A stretch of 63,996 nucleotides of DNA, filler included, from Guillardia theta CCMP2712 (lineage: Eukaryota; Protista; Cryptophyta), in NCBI RefSeq assembly GCF_000315625.1. It is 8 parts of 8 records of this genome, joined end to end, with 100 filler letters (N's around TTAATTAATTAA, not from the genome) between each part and the next. Parts side by side here need not be neighbours in the genome. Positions count along the whole stretch, not along the records: positions 17,059 to 44,570 come from NW_005434653.1; positions 44,671 to 48,676 come from NW_005434105.1; positions 48,777 to 53,418 come from NW_005434088.1; 5 more parts are not named here. One strand, written 5' to 3'. The notes beneath the pieces are model-generated. The model was not told the origin of the DNA and did no database searches. It saw only the letters and a program-made list of their open reading frames with translations. Shown here piece after piece: positions 41,450 through 53,518 of this stretch. Each line of letters starts with the position of its first letter. Position 1 is the stretch's first letter. The position numbers and the translations under genes are program-made.

Positions 41450-43000
41450 TCGTCCATCTGTAATTGCAAATAGGCGGCGAACGCGTGACAACAAGGTTTA
41501 CCGTTTCTTTGCCAGAACGAGCATGGTCTACACCTTATCTTTGAAGTCTAACCAAGAATTCAGTTTATCGAGATGGAGAAGTTTGTTATCGGATGCTTCA
41601 CCCAATGTCAACAGCTGATGGATGACAGGGAGTCAACATGACGTACGTGGACTGAAATGTTCACCTGCTTCGATGGGCAAGACCTTGCCAGTGGGGAGAT
41701 AACCCTATATCATCATGGCCTTGCTCGAGAAGAAGCGACTGGAGAAGTGGCAATAATCCTACCCGAAACGTGAATACAGCGATAAACAATATCCACTCAT
41801 CTTACTTGACCGAGTATACGCAATCCGCACTGTTTGATCAAATGTAAAATGGATCCGTTGGCAAAAAAGGCTCCCATGAAAACACCTTGATGCTTGCCTA
41901 ATAGTGGAGGTGGCATGAATGATGCATACCTGTTTGGATTAGACTCACAATACTTGGTGGTCCACTGGGGTAAGATATTGAAAGAAGCCACATAGTCATC
42001 CCATGAACCATTTTCAACTTCAAGGCGAGCAATATAAATGTTATGATGCTAGTGCGTTTTTTGAACATCTTCTAAATGTCTTCGGCTGTCATCCGTCGAT
42101 GAACACTGCCTCCAATGTCCCTCCTGGAGCCCTCGGCTGTAATATTACGGAAAGGTTTGGAATCAATAGATAACTTCCCACAGAAGAGCGCAGTGTGCTA
42201 TGGTATAAGGTACTATCCTCCATATTGATGGTAAACTTATCCTTTTTGTCTTGCTTGCCCCTTTTTACGATAACTGTATACCTGAGAGAATGCAATGAGA
42301 TATAAAACCTCATGAAAGCGACAATAATGATGCTCACGGGCATGTAGAACAGGAGCAGCGCATGACATACCCTGTCATGCCCTAAACATTTTGGCAAGGT
42401 GTATTCTTGATTGGCTTGTTGTAATCCTTCAGGTTGACATGTTTAAGGAATCTTGTACATTCACGTCGTTTGGAGAATTGCATTCCACGCAACGTCATGA
42501 CATAGTCAGATGGAGTTTCCTTGTTGTCAGATTCTGAATTAGATGAGGAGGTACATTCGTCTCCACTAGTCCAGAAGCAGGAGGGCTCGCCCCCCATTGG
42601 TATGGTTTCGGAGTTGTGGCTTGAACTGTCATCTTCAGGCAAAGAACTGTCCGCACTGTGAGGAAGCAACGGATGTGAAGGGACAATCTCTGTGTGAGGA
42701 AGTGGAGATGATGACAATGAAGAGATCGGGGCATCGAAGATGAGGGTATAGAGTCGTTCAAAACTCTGGATCAATGACAATTGTTCAGGGGGGTTAATCC
42801 CGAAGCAACGAAATCCATGTTCAACAATGACAATGTACAATGTACGACACATTGGTAGGCAGTTCGAGCTCCAGCTGTTGTTGCACAGCACGGATCTTGG
42901 CACTCAGACTGAGCCTGACCTGTTTCGAGCCTTCCCCTGCCAGCATTCCCGCGCAGTTCAACGATCATCAGTAATGATTTACATTGTCTCCGTGTAACCG
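41450..43000 (-). mobile_element. Degenerate MULE/MuDR-like transposase remnant
   Basis: Intronless, lower-GC segment with stops and frameshifts; fragments GMQFSKRRECTRFLK (MuDR DNA-binding-domain-like), GSWDDYVASFNILPQWTTKYCESNP (cf. G..e.SY..LP.y...l...NP), FMGAFFANGS..CGLRILG, DEWILFI. Confidence 0.5.
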
Positions 43001-43016
43001 TAGCTGTCATAAATTC

Positions 43017-43578
43017 ATGTCCGATGTAACGGAACGGCTTCCGACAGCGATGGACTCCGAGACGCGAGACGCGAGACGATGGAGAGAGAGGGAGAGGGAG
43101 AGAGAGAAGGAGATGGGCGGGGGGGGGGGGGAGGAGGGCCGGGGGTGGAGGAGGAGGAGTGGGAGGAGAGGAGAGGAGAGGAGAGGAGAGGAGAGGAGAG
43201 GAGAGGAGAGGAGAGGAGAGGAGAGGAGAGGAGAGGAGAGGAGAAGAGAGGAGAGGAGAAGAGGAGCTGACTCGGACACTGTAACAGGGCTTGCGCTGGA
43301 CGGGACGGAGATCATGGGCATGACGCCGCTGGGAGCGGCAGCTCAGTCGAGGGCGCTTCAGATCGGGGATCTCATCGAGGAGGTGGATGGAGAGCGAGTC
43401 GACGATGACAACGTATTATTTTTCACCTTAAAGCAGCTACTGACACCCCAGCTGGCCCTTGAGCTGGAGCCTCACATGTCAACACCCCTGACGAAGTAGT
43501 ACCGGCAGATCCTGGACCGCCTACGGGGCTGCGACGTCGTGGGGTCACCGATCATGCTCACTGTAGGACTAGAAGAGA

Positions 43579-43662
<84 letters not shown>

Positions 43663-43903
43663 AGGGAGATGAGTTAGAGGAGGACGAGCACGAGGTCGAA
43701 GACGAGGAGGAGGAGCGAGTAGGGGTGAAGGAGGAGGCAGGTGATACGCATGCGGCGGTACGTGACGATTGATGGGCAGGTGAGAAGGCCGATGGACATG
43801 ACGGTCAGGTAAAGAGAAATTAGTCAAGTCCCGCGGGTTTATGCTGACAGCTGAGAAATTGGACAGAAGCGTCACGCTGGTCCGTCAGGCAGCGATCATG
43901 TGA
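43017..43903 (+). CDS. Small PDZ-domain protein (start uncertain)
   Basis: GLALDGTEIMGMTPLGAAAQSRALQIGDLIEEVDGERVDDDN|ILDRLRGCDVVGSPIMLT..|..SVTLVR. Confidence 0.7.
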
Positions 43904-44105
43904 AAGACTCAAGGTGGAGAGGCGGATGAACTTTCAGGGCAACAGGAGGAGGGAGAGAGCAGGAGCACGAGGAGAGGGAGGAGGTGAACGGGAGGAGGTC
44001 GAGGAGCGGGAGGAGAAGGAAGAGGGGGGAGGAAGAGGAGGGGAGAAGAATGAGGGGCGAGGAGACAGAGAAGGAGAACGCTCTTGAGAATTTCTCGGTG
44101 GTTCA

Positions 44106-44444
44106 TTAAGAGTCGAGATACCAGCTGCCTCCTCTTCGCTCCTGCGTCAAGGAAGCGGCTCCATTCCTCTCCTCTCCTCACTTGCCCTTGGAGACGACCC
44201 ACTCGGTGAGACCCTTCACGCCATAGCCCGTCGCTCCTCCCGCCTGCCACCAGAGCTGAGATCGAGTTCGGCTTCAGCTTGGGATGCGCTACCTTGTCAT
44301 TCCAGACGGGGCCTGCGATGTCAAGGTGGGACCACTTGGCCTCCTGCAGGGGATCACAGGTCAGCTGACGGGCAGCTGGAGTCGGAGGCTTGTCACCTTG
44401 ACAAACTCCTTGAGGAAGAGAGCAGCTGTGATCGACCCTCCACC
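44106..44444 (-). CDS. Leucyl aminopeptidase (peptidase M17), last exons only; 5' part cut by scaffold end
   Basis: GGGSITAALFLKEFVK|EAKWSHLDIAGPVWNDK|AGGATGYGVKGLT|DWYLDS*: the conserved M17 C-terminus. Confidence 0.9.
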
Positions 44445-44670
44445 CTGTGAAGACGTGAGGAGGAGGAAGAGGGGGGGGAGGGGGGAACGGTGGGGAGGGA
44501 GGGAGGGAGGACGGGCGGGGCCGGGCGGGCGGGCGGGGACGGAAGAAGGAAGGAGGGAGGAGGTAGGAGGNNNNNNNNNNNNNNNNNNNNNNNNNNNNNN
44601 NNNNNNNNNNNNNNTTAATTAATTAANNNNNNNNNNNNNNNNNNNNNNNNNNNNNNNNNNNNNNNNNNNN

Positions 44671-45545
44671 TCCCTCGCCCGCCTCGTGCAAGCATGTCCT
44701 TCCTCGATTGTCCGGCTGGGCCAGCAGCTCGCGGCCCCCTACCTTTCCCAGGTACTTCAGCGCCTCTACATGCCCTCCTGCGCTCGCTAAATTGGTACAA
44801 TGTCTTCCTTGTGGACCTGGTTGTGCCAGCAGCTCGCGGCCCCCTACCTTTCCCAGGTACTTCAGCGCCTCTACATGCCCTCCCTCGCTGAGTAAATGTG
44901 CACATGTCCAGCCCTGATTGTCCGGCTGGGCCAGCAGCTCGCGGCCCCCTACTTCCCCCAGGTACTTCAGCGCCTCTACATGCCCTGCACCGCAAGACAA
45001 GTGCGCGCATGTCCTTCCATCAATGTCCGGCTGGGCCAGCAGCTCGCGGCCCCCTACCTCCCCGAGGTACTTCAGCGCCTCTACATGCCCTCCTGCGCTT
45101 GCCAAATAACAACATGTCCAGCCTTCATGGTCCGGTAGCGCCAGCAGCTCGCGGCCCCCTACCTCCCCCAGGTACTTCAGCGCCTCTACATGCCCTCTCT
45201 CACTTGCCCAGTGCGCGCATGTCCTTCCTTGATTGTCCGGCTGGGCCAGCAGCTCGCGGCCCCCTACTTCCCCCAGGTACTTCAGCGCCTCTACATGCCC
45301 TCCCTCGCCCGCCAAGTGCGCGCATGTGAAGCCGTCCATGTCCGGCTGGGCCAGCAGCTCGCGGCCCCCTACCTCCCCCAGGTACTTCAGCGCCTCTACA
45401 TGCCCTTGCTTGATCGCCTCGTGCGCGCATGTGAAGCCGTCCATGTCCGGCTGGGCCAGCAGCTCGCGGCCCCCTACCTCCCCCAGGTACTTCAGCGCCT
45501 CTACATGCCCTCCTGCGCAAGCCAAGTGCGCGCATGTCCTTCCGT
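44671..45545 (-). repeat. Coding tandem repeat, 105-bp unit (ankyrin, 8 full + 1 partial)
   Basis: GHVEALKYLG(E/K)VGGRELLA is near-invariant at DNA level. Confidence 0.95.
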
Positions 45546-48500
45546 CTTTGTTTCTTGTCGACACATTGGCTCCATGCTTGACAAGCATTTGCATGCAAAG
45601 TTTGTATCCTTGTCTGGCTGCCACGTGCAATGGCGTGTCTCCGTTGCTCAAGGTCTCCGTCACTTTCCCTCCTGCCCGGCAGATCATCGGTATCAGGTCT
45701 GCCTGCCCCTGCCGCACTGCCGTGAAGATCGGAGACTCCAGCTCCGAGTCTTGTTCACCTCCCCAGATCCCTTGCATTTTGCAGAACTGCTCCGCCAGCC
45801 TCTGCCCGTCTTGATCGCCCGTATCGCTCAGTGCTCTGCGATGCAAGTCTGATATCTTCGTCATGTAGAGATCTTTCATCTTTTGTGCTGCAAGTGCCTC
45901 ACATTGAAAGTCTCCAGTACCGTCAAGCCAGAAGTTGATCTTGTTCATCGCCATCTCCTTCAGTCTCGTCGCTTCTCCCATGACCTGTACGTAGTTTTCA
46001 TCGACGTTGTACCAAGCTTCGCCCCGCTTCTTGTATCTCCTCACGATTTCTTTGATTTCTTCCACAATCGACGCACGCAGGTCGTGATGNNNNNNNNNNN
46101 NNNNNNNNNNNNNNNNNNNNNNNNNNNNNNNNNNNNNNNNNNNNNNNNNNNNNNNNNNNNNNNNNNNNNNNNNNNNNNNNNNNNNNNNNNNNNNNNNNNN
46201 NNNNNNNNNNNNNNNNNNNNNNNNNNNNNNNNNNNNNNNNNNNNNNNNNNNNNNNNNNNNNNNNNNNNNNNNNNNNNNNNNNNNNNNNNNNNNNNNNNNN
46301 NNNNNNNNNNNNNNNNNNNNNNNNNNNNNNNNNNNNNNNNNNNNNNNNNNNNNNNNNNNNNNNNNNNNNNNNNNNNNNNNNNNNNNNNNNNNNNNNNNNN
46401 NNNNNNNNNNNNNNNNNNNNNNNNNNNNNNNNNNNNNNNNNNNNNNNNNNNNNNNNNNNNNNNNNNNNNNNNNNNNNNNNNNNNNNNNNNNNNNNNNNNN
46501 NNNNNNNNNNNNNNNNNNNNNNNNNNNNNNNNNNNNNNNNNNNNNNNNNNNNNNNNNNNNNNNNNNNNNNNNNNNNNNNNNNNNNNNNNNNNNNNNNNNN
46601 NNNNNNNNNNNNNNNNNNNNNNNNNNNNNNNNNNNNNNNNNNNNNNNNNNNNNNNNNNNNNNNNNNNNNNNNNNNNNNNNNNNNNNNNNNNNNNNNNNNN
46701 NNNNNNNNNNNNNNNNNNNNNNNNNNNNNNNNNNNNNNNNNNNNNNNNNNNNNNNNNNNNNNNNNNNNNNNNNGTCTACACGTCTCTCATCCTCTACCTG
46801 TGTAGAGCAGCAGCGGGACGACTTCCTCCTTCCGCAGCCCTGCTTCCTTCACTCGCTCCTCCGCCATCAAGCCCTCCACGTCGCGGATGCGTCTGATCCC
46901 CTGCGAGAGCTGCCGCCGCATGCTCGGGTCTGTCACGGCCTCCCACTCGCGCTTGGGCGTCGTGACCTCGTTGTGGTTGGGCGGAGTGAACGGCTCCTCC
47001 GAGTCCTTCCTGTGGCAGTGCTCGTCCTCTAGCCCCTTCCACAGGTCTATGCTGGGCAGCCCGATGCGCTCGATGAGGCCCCCGTGAAACTCCTCCAGCC
47101 TCCCGAAGATAGCTTCCTCTCCTTCCTCTATCGAGAACTTCGCGTTCCCTCCCTCTGACCTCCCTCTTGACCTTCTCGCTGATGCTGCCGATCTTCCTGA
47201 AACTGCATCCGATGACGTCACCTGGACGGCTTCGAGCACGTTTGCGATGCGTCTACCGCACGCCTCCTTCGTCTCCCTCGCTAGCAGCCCTGACAAGGGA
47301 GACCTCGGGCTGCCCCCGCCGATCTGCTCTGCGACCCTCCGCAGCACGTCAGGCCGGGCGAGCATGTCCTGCTTGTACGCGAGCTCCCACTCCCTCGCGA
47401 TCGTCCTCATCGACACTACTGCATGTCTCAGCGAGACGCGCGAGGAGGTCGGCCGGCAGGTTGAGACCCAGGCAGAGCTCGCTCACTCGCCCGTGACCTG
47501 CCGTCATGTCCGAGTCTTGGGAGCGACTGAGGTACAAGACCTGGAGCGTGTCGCGCATGTCAGGAGGAAGCGTCCACCGACCTGAGTCTGACGATGACGA
47601 GTCCTCGCCTTGTTTCGCCTTGCCTGACTCGGGGATTGAAGCTTCTTCAAGCTCATGCAGCTGCTGTAAACCGACCTCAGAGTCCGCCTCAGCCTTGTCT
47701 GCTGGTCTGCTCTGAGCTTCTTGCGCGCGTTCGCATTGACTTGGGTTTCTCTCCTTCAGCTCGTCGGGTTGATCTCCCTGGTCTAGCGATAGCTTGACTA
47801 GTGCTTGCGCCTCCTCTCCCTCGATTTGTCTTCTTCTCTTCTTCCTCTGCTCGTCATGTAGCCTATCGGCCTCTCCTTCCTCTGGCTTTCGCTTCTCCTT
47901 CTCTTGTCTCTTGCTTGCTGTCAGGCCTGGCGTCAGAGTCGCCTGCTGCTTGTCGTGATCATCCCTTTCATGCCCATGCCCATGCCCATGCTCAATCCTT
48001 TCATGTGCTGACGTCATCATCACTTGCTCGCTGGCCTCCTCGTCTCGATGCTTCCTCCTCTCGTCTAGACTATCCGACCCCACCTGCCCTCATGCGTCAG
48101 ACCCTCATACCTCACGGCTACATGTACATCCGGCCCTACCCTAGAAGCCGAAGCCGCAGACGAGCCGCCGGTCGTCAGTCTTCTTGTCTTGTTGCTCTCG
48201 CCTGCGCATGGCTTAGACGATCGTAGTCTATCGCCTCTACCTTACCTCCCCCTTCCTTCACAAACGCCTCGAAGCTTCTATACCCTCCAGGCCTCTCGCA
48301 CTCCTCCAGCCCTCGGAAACCCTCTCTCAGCTCCTCGCTCCAGCCCTCCTCGCACTCCCTCCAGTCTGCCCTGTACCCGTCGCTCCTCACGACCCAGCCT
48401 GTGCTGCTTATCCACGTCCTCCAGCCCTCTAGCTCTTGTCTGTCGTTCTCTTGCTTGTTGTGATAGTATTGGAGTAGACAACAGTGCAAGAACACGCTGC

Positions 48501-48676
48501 TCAGCTTGGTCATCTTCAGCATCATGACGTAGCTTCTGACATGAACGGCTCTGTCCAGCACATAGAAGTAGAATAAGACCTCCTGACCACCTCCAGGCAT
48601 CATCTCTTCTCGAAGATGCTCTTCGATCTTGTCCATCCCCTCCTCCCATGATACCGACGGGTCCAAGCACCCATCG
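44671..48676 (-). CDS. Large multi-domain protein: probable ADP-ribosyltransferase (core hidden in N gap 46090-46773) + ankyrin repeat array; open at both ends
   Basis: FHGGLIERIGLP..EHC..DS..F..PN..TTPKREW..AGLRKEEVVPLLLYTG| just before the gap; a helical linker with AWYNVDENY after it; then 2 canonical ankyrins and >=8 near-identical 35-aa ankyrin units. Confidence 0.7.
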
Positions 48677-48776
48677 NNNNNNNNNNNNNNNNNNNNNNNN
48701 NNNNNNNNNNNNNNNNNNNNTTAATTAATTAANNNNNNNNNNNNNNNNNNNNNNNNNNNNNNNNNNNNNNNNNNNN

Positions 48777-51700
48777 AGTGTCATGCCAGCAGGCAGCAGG
48801 AGAGGGGAGGAGCATGCGGGTAGGGGTGACGGCAGGAGGGGGCGGGAGCGGAGGCACGGGGACGGAGGCGATCTCGGCAGACGGGGCGGGGGCGAGCGGG
48901 GTAAGGGAGGGCGGGAACAGGGNNNNNNNNNNNNNNNNNNNNNNNNNNNNNNNNNNNNNNNNNNNNNNNNNNNNNNNNNNNNNNNNNNNNNNNNNNNNNN
49001 NNNNNNNNNNNNNNNNNNNNNNNNNNNNNNNNNNNNNNNNNNNNNNNNNNNNNNNNNNNNNNNNNNNNNNNNNNNNNNNNNNNNNNNNNNNNNNNNNNNN
49101 NNNNNNNNNNNNNNNNNNNNNNNNNNNNNNNNNNNNNNNNNNNNNNNNNNNNNNNNNNNNNNNNNNNNNNNNNNNNNNNNNNNNNNNNNNNNNNNNNNNN
49201 NNNNNNNNNNNNNNNNNNNNNNNNNNNNNNNNNNNNNNNNNNNNNNNNNNNNNNNNNNNNNNNNNNNNNNNNNNNNNNNNNNNNNNNNNNNNNNNNNNNN
49301 NNNNNNNNNNNNNNNNNNNNNNNNNNNNNNNNNNNNNNNNNNNNNNNNNNNNNNNNNNNNNNNNNNNNNNNNNNNNNNNNNNNNNNNNNNAGGCGATCAC
49401 CTGGGACGGCACACACTTTAAGGGCGAGCGTCAACGCAGGCAGCACTGGCTCGGGGCTTGTGACTGTGACGGGACTAGGGCTTGGGACAGTGTCCCTGAC
49501 AGGGAGGGGACAGTCCGGGTCAACAGCCGCAGAGAGCACATCATGGATGTCGGAGAGTGCGGTAGCTTGCAGGCTGTCGGGAGGATCAGGCGAAAGCAAA
49601 TCGCTGGCGTTGACCGTGGGTGAGGCTGTAGCCACCATCACAGAAGCTTGGAGCTCAGGAGCTAGCCAGACGAGCTCGGTGCGTGTACACAACGGCGCAG
49701 GTACAGGGTCTGTGAGCATGACGGTACAAGGATCAGGGCTGTCTTCCGCGATGTCATCACCGCAAGGGAGGCTAGGCGTGTCCGCATGTACAAGCACTGA
49801 CTGGGAATCAGAGACCTCGATACGATGCAGGGGCACGGCGGGGGCGAGCAGAAGTCACCATGTCTCCTTGACATCCGTAGGGTCTGTCGGAAGCGTGACG
49901 GAGCAACTGTCGTGGGACGAGGGGGCGGTGAGCTCATGGCTGGGCAGATCAAACCAGGCAGCCACAGGGTCGGCACACGTCACTGTAGTCGGAGGACAGC
50001 TTGGGAGCTCAGACAGAAGCCCGACGGTGCGAGCAGGGCACAGCTCATGCGAGGGATCAGAGTGGCTATCAGACTCGGCCGTCATCTGTAGAGCAGGACA
50101 ATCAAGTGGCTCCAGCGCGCAGGTCACCTTGACAATACTGGAGACAGCCGCAAGCAGCACTGCCATGTACTCGACCGACCTCGCAACCATGAGCACAGCC
50201 GAGCCGGGCAACAGGGCCAGCACAGGGAGTGCAAGCGTCACCCTACACGGTGCAGGGCTTGGGAGCGGACCAGGCATCGTCGGTCGGCCGTATACAGGCA
50301 TCTGCTTGCTCAGCCACAGACTGGGTAGGAGAGACAAGCGTCGTATGCTTGGCATCAGCCAGCACGGGCTCGAGCCTCCGAGCATCGGTGACGACGGGAG
50401 GGCNNNNNNNNNNNNNNNNNNNNNNNNNNNNNNNNNNNNNNNNNNNNNNNNNNNNNNNNNNNNNNNNNNNNNNNNNNNNNNNNNNNNNNNNNNNNNNNNN
50501 NNNNNNNNNNNNNNNNNNNNNNNNNNNNNNNNNNNNNNNNNNNNNNNNNNNNNNNNNNNNNNNNNNNNNNNNNNNNNNNNNNNNNNNNNNNNNNNNNNNN
50601 NNNNNNNNNNNNNNNNNNNNNNNNNNNNNNNNNNNNNNNNNNNNNNNNNNNNNNNNNNNNNNNNNNNNNNNNNNNNNNNNNNNNNNNNNNNNNNNNNNNN
50701 NNNNNNNNNNNNNNNNNNNNNNNNNNNNNNNNNNNNNNNNNNCGGGCTGTCTCGGGAGTGACGGTGTACGGGGCAGGGCTGGGGAGGTACGAGGGGTCAG
50801 GTCAAGGGCGGGGCGGGGGCACGGGGAGCGAGAGCACGGCGTGGACGTCGGAGACGGCAGTGTCATGCCAGCAGGCAGCAGGAGAGGGGAGGAGCATGCG
50901 GGTAGGGGTGACGGCAGGAGGGGGCGGGAGCGGAGGCACGGGGACGNNNNNNNNNNNNNNNNNNNNNNNNNNNNNNNNNNNNNNNNNNNNNNNNNNNNNN
51001 NNNNNNNNNNNNNNNNNNNNNNNNNNNNNNNNNNNNNNNNNNNNNNNNNNNNNNNNNNNNNNNNNNNNNNNNNNNNNNNNNNNNNNCACGGGGAGCGAGA
51101 GCACGGCGTGGACGTCGGAGACGGGTGTGGTGTGTGTCGGGTCGTGGCGTGTGAGTGGTTTGGGAAGCGGTCAGATCGTGCTTACTATCACTAGTCTGGT
51201 CGGGACGGGATCGGACCTGGTGTCGTATGATCGTGCGGATGTTTCNNNNNNNNNNNNNNNNNNNNNNNNNNNNNNNNNNNNNNNNNNNNNNNNNNNNNNN
51301 NNNNNNNNNNNNNNNNNNNNNNNNNNNNNNNNNNNNNNNNNNNNNNNNNNNNNNNNNNNNNNNNNNNNNNNNNNNNNNNNNNNNNNNNNNNNNNNNNNNN
51401 NNNNNNNNNNNNNNNNNNNNNNNNNNNNNNNNNNNNNNNNNNNNNNNNNNNNNNNNNNNNNNNNNNNNNNNNNNNNNNNNNNNNNNNNNNNNNNNNNNNN
51501 NNNNNNNNNNNNNNNNNNNNNNNNNNNNNNNNNNNNNNNNNNNNNNNNNNNNNNNNNNNNNNNNNNNNNNNNNNNNNNNNNNNNNNNNNNNNNNNNNNNN
51601 NNNNNNNNNNNNGCAGAGAGCACATCATGGATGTCGGAGAGTGCGGTAGCTTGCAGGCTGTCGGGAGGATCAGGCGAAAGCAAATCGCTGGCGTTGACCG

Positions 51701-53418
51701 TGGGTGAGGCTGTAGCCACCATCACAGAAGCTTGGAGCTCAGGAGCTAGCCAGACGAGCTCGGTGCGTGTACACAACGGCGCAGGTACAGGATCTGTGAG
51801 CATGACGGTACAAGGGATCAGGGCTGTCTTCCGCGATGTCATCACCGCAAGGGAGGCTAGGCGTGTCCGCATGTACAAGCACTGACTGGGAATCAGAGAC
51901 CTCGATACGATGCAGGGGCACGGCGGGGGCGAGCAGAAGTCACCATGTCTCCTTGACATCCGTAGGGTCTGTCGGAAGCGTGACGGAGCAACTGTCGTGG
52001 GACGAGGGGGCGGTGAGCTCATGGCTGGGCAGATCAAACCAGGCAGCCACAGGGTCGGCACACGTCACTGTAGTCGGAGGACAGCTTGGGAGCTCAGACA
52101 GAAGCCCGACGGTGCGAGCAGGGCACAGCTCATGCGAGGGATCGGAGTGGCTATCAGACTCGGCCGTCATCTGTAGAGCAGGACAATCAAGGGGCTCCAG
52201 CGCACAGGTCACCTTGACAATACTGGAGACAGCCGCAAGCAGCACTGCCATGTACTCGACCGACCTCGCAACCATGAGCACAGCCGAGCCGGGCAACAGG
52301 GCCAGCACAGGGAGTGCAAGCGTCACCCTACACTGTGCAGGGCTTGGGAGCGGACAGGCATCGTCGGTCGGCCGTATACAGGCATCTGCTTGCTCAGCCA
52401 CAGACTGGGTAGGAGAGACAAGCGTCGTATGCTTGGCATCAGCCAGCACGGGCTCGAGCCTCCGAGCATCGGTGACGACGGGAGGGCAGGGAGGGTCCTT
52501 GACAGGGGCTGTATCGAGCGATAGGGTCACGCTGACGGCAGCAGAGAGGATGAATACAGCTGGATCAGGGTCGATGCAAGTGACGATCTGGGGATCGGGC
52601 CTGGGTCTGATGGACTTGTCATCCAGGGGTCGGGTAGGAGCCACCGGCATACCGGAGTCGACCTGGCAGTCAGAGACGGCAGTGACCTGCAGGGCTGCAT
52701 CGGCCAGCGGGGCTTCAGCAGGGGCTGTGGTGACAGTAGGGACAGGGGCAGCAGGGACGACGACGCAAGCATTATCCAACGATAGAGCGACGATAAGCAG
52801 CATCCGTAGAGCGAACAAGGCGGCGACGGGAAGCATACAAGTAACGATCCATGGTCNNNNNNNNNNNNNNNNNNNNNNNNNNNNNNNNNNNNNNNNNNNN
52901 NNNNNNNNNNNNNNNNNNNNNNNNNNNNNNNNNNNNNNNNNNNNNNNNNNNNNNNNNNNNNNNNNNNNNNNNNNNNNNNNNNNNNNNNNNNNNNNNNNNN
53001 NNNNNNNNNNNNNNNNNNNNNNNNNNNNNNNNNNNNNNNNNNNNNNNNNNNNNNNNNNNNNNNNNNNNNNNNNNNNNNNNNNNNNNNNNNNNNNNNNNNN
53101 NNNNNNNNNNNNNNNNNNNNNNNNNNNNNNNNNNNNNNNNNNNNNNNNNNNNNNNNNNNNNNNNNNNNNNNNNNNNNNNNNNNNNNNNNNNNNNNNNNNN
53201 NNNNNNNNNNNNNNNNNNNNNNNNNNNNNNNNNNNNNNNNNNNNNNNNNNNNNNNNNNNNNNNNNNNNNNNNNNNNNNNNNNNNNNNNNNNNNNNNNNNN
53301 NNNNNNNNNNNNNNNNNNNNNNNNNNNNNNNNNNNNNNNNNNNNNNNNAGCCCTCAGCTTATGTTACGGTTAGGTTGCTAGGCAAGGGATACGGGTTGTC
53401 AAGCCAGAGCTTGTCGGC
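48777..53418 (+). CDS. Fragment of a giant Ser/Thr/Gly-rich protein with ~95-aa IPT/TIG-like repeats
   Basis: Repeated N.A.TGS..VT..G.GLG...S...R.G.S.C..T.W.SET.V.C..G....V.VT.G..GS.T..SYD/SWD pattern; interrupted by N gaps. Confidence 0.7.
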
Positions 53419-53518
53419 NNNNNNNNNNNNNNNNNNNNNNNNNNNNNNNNNNNNNNNNNNNNTTAATTAATTAANNNNNNNNNNNNNNNNNNNNNNNNNN
53501 NNNNNNNNNNNNNNNNNN

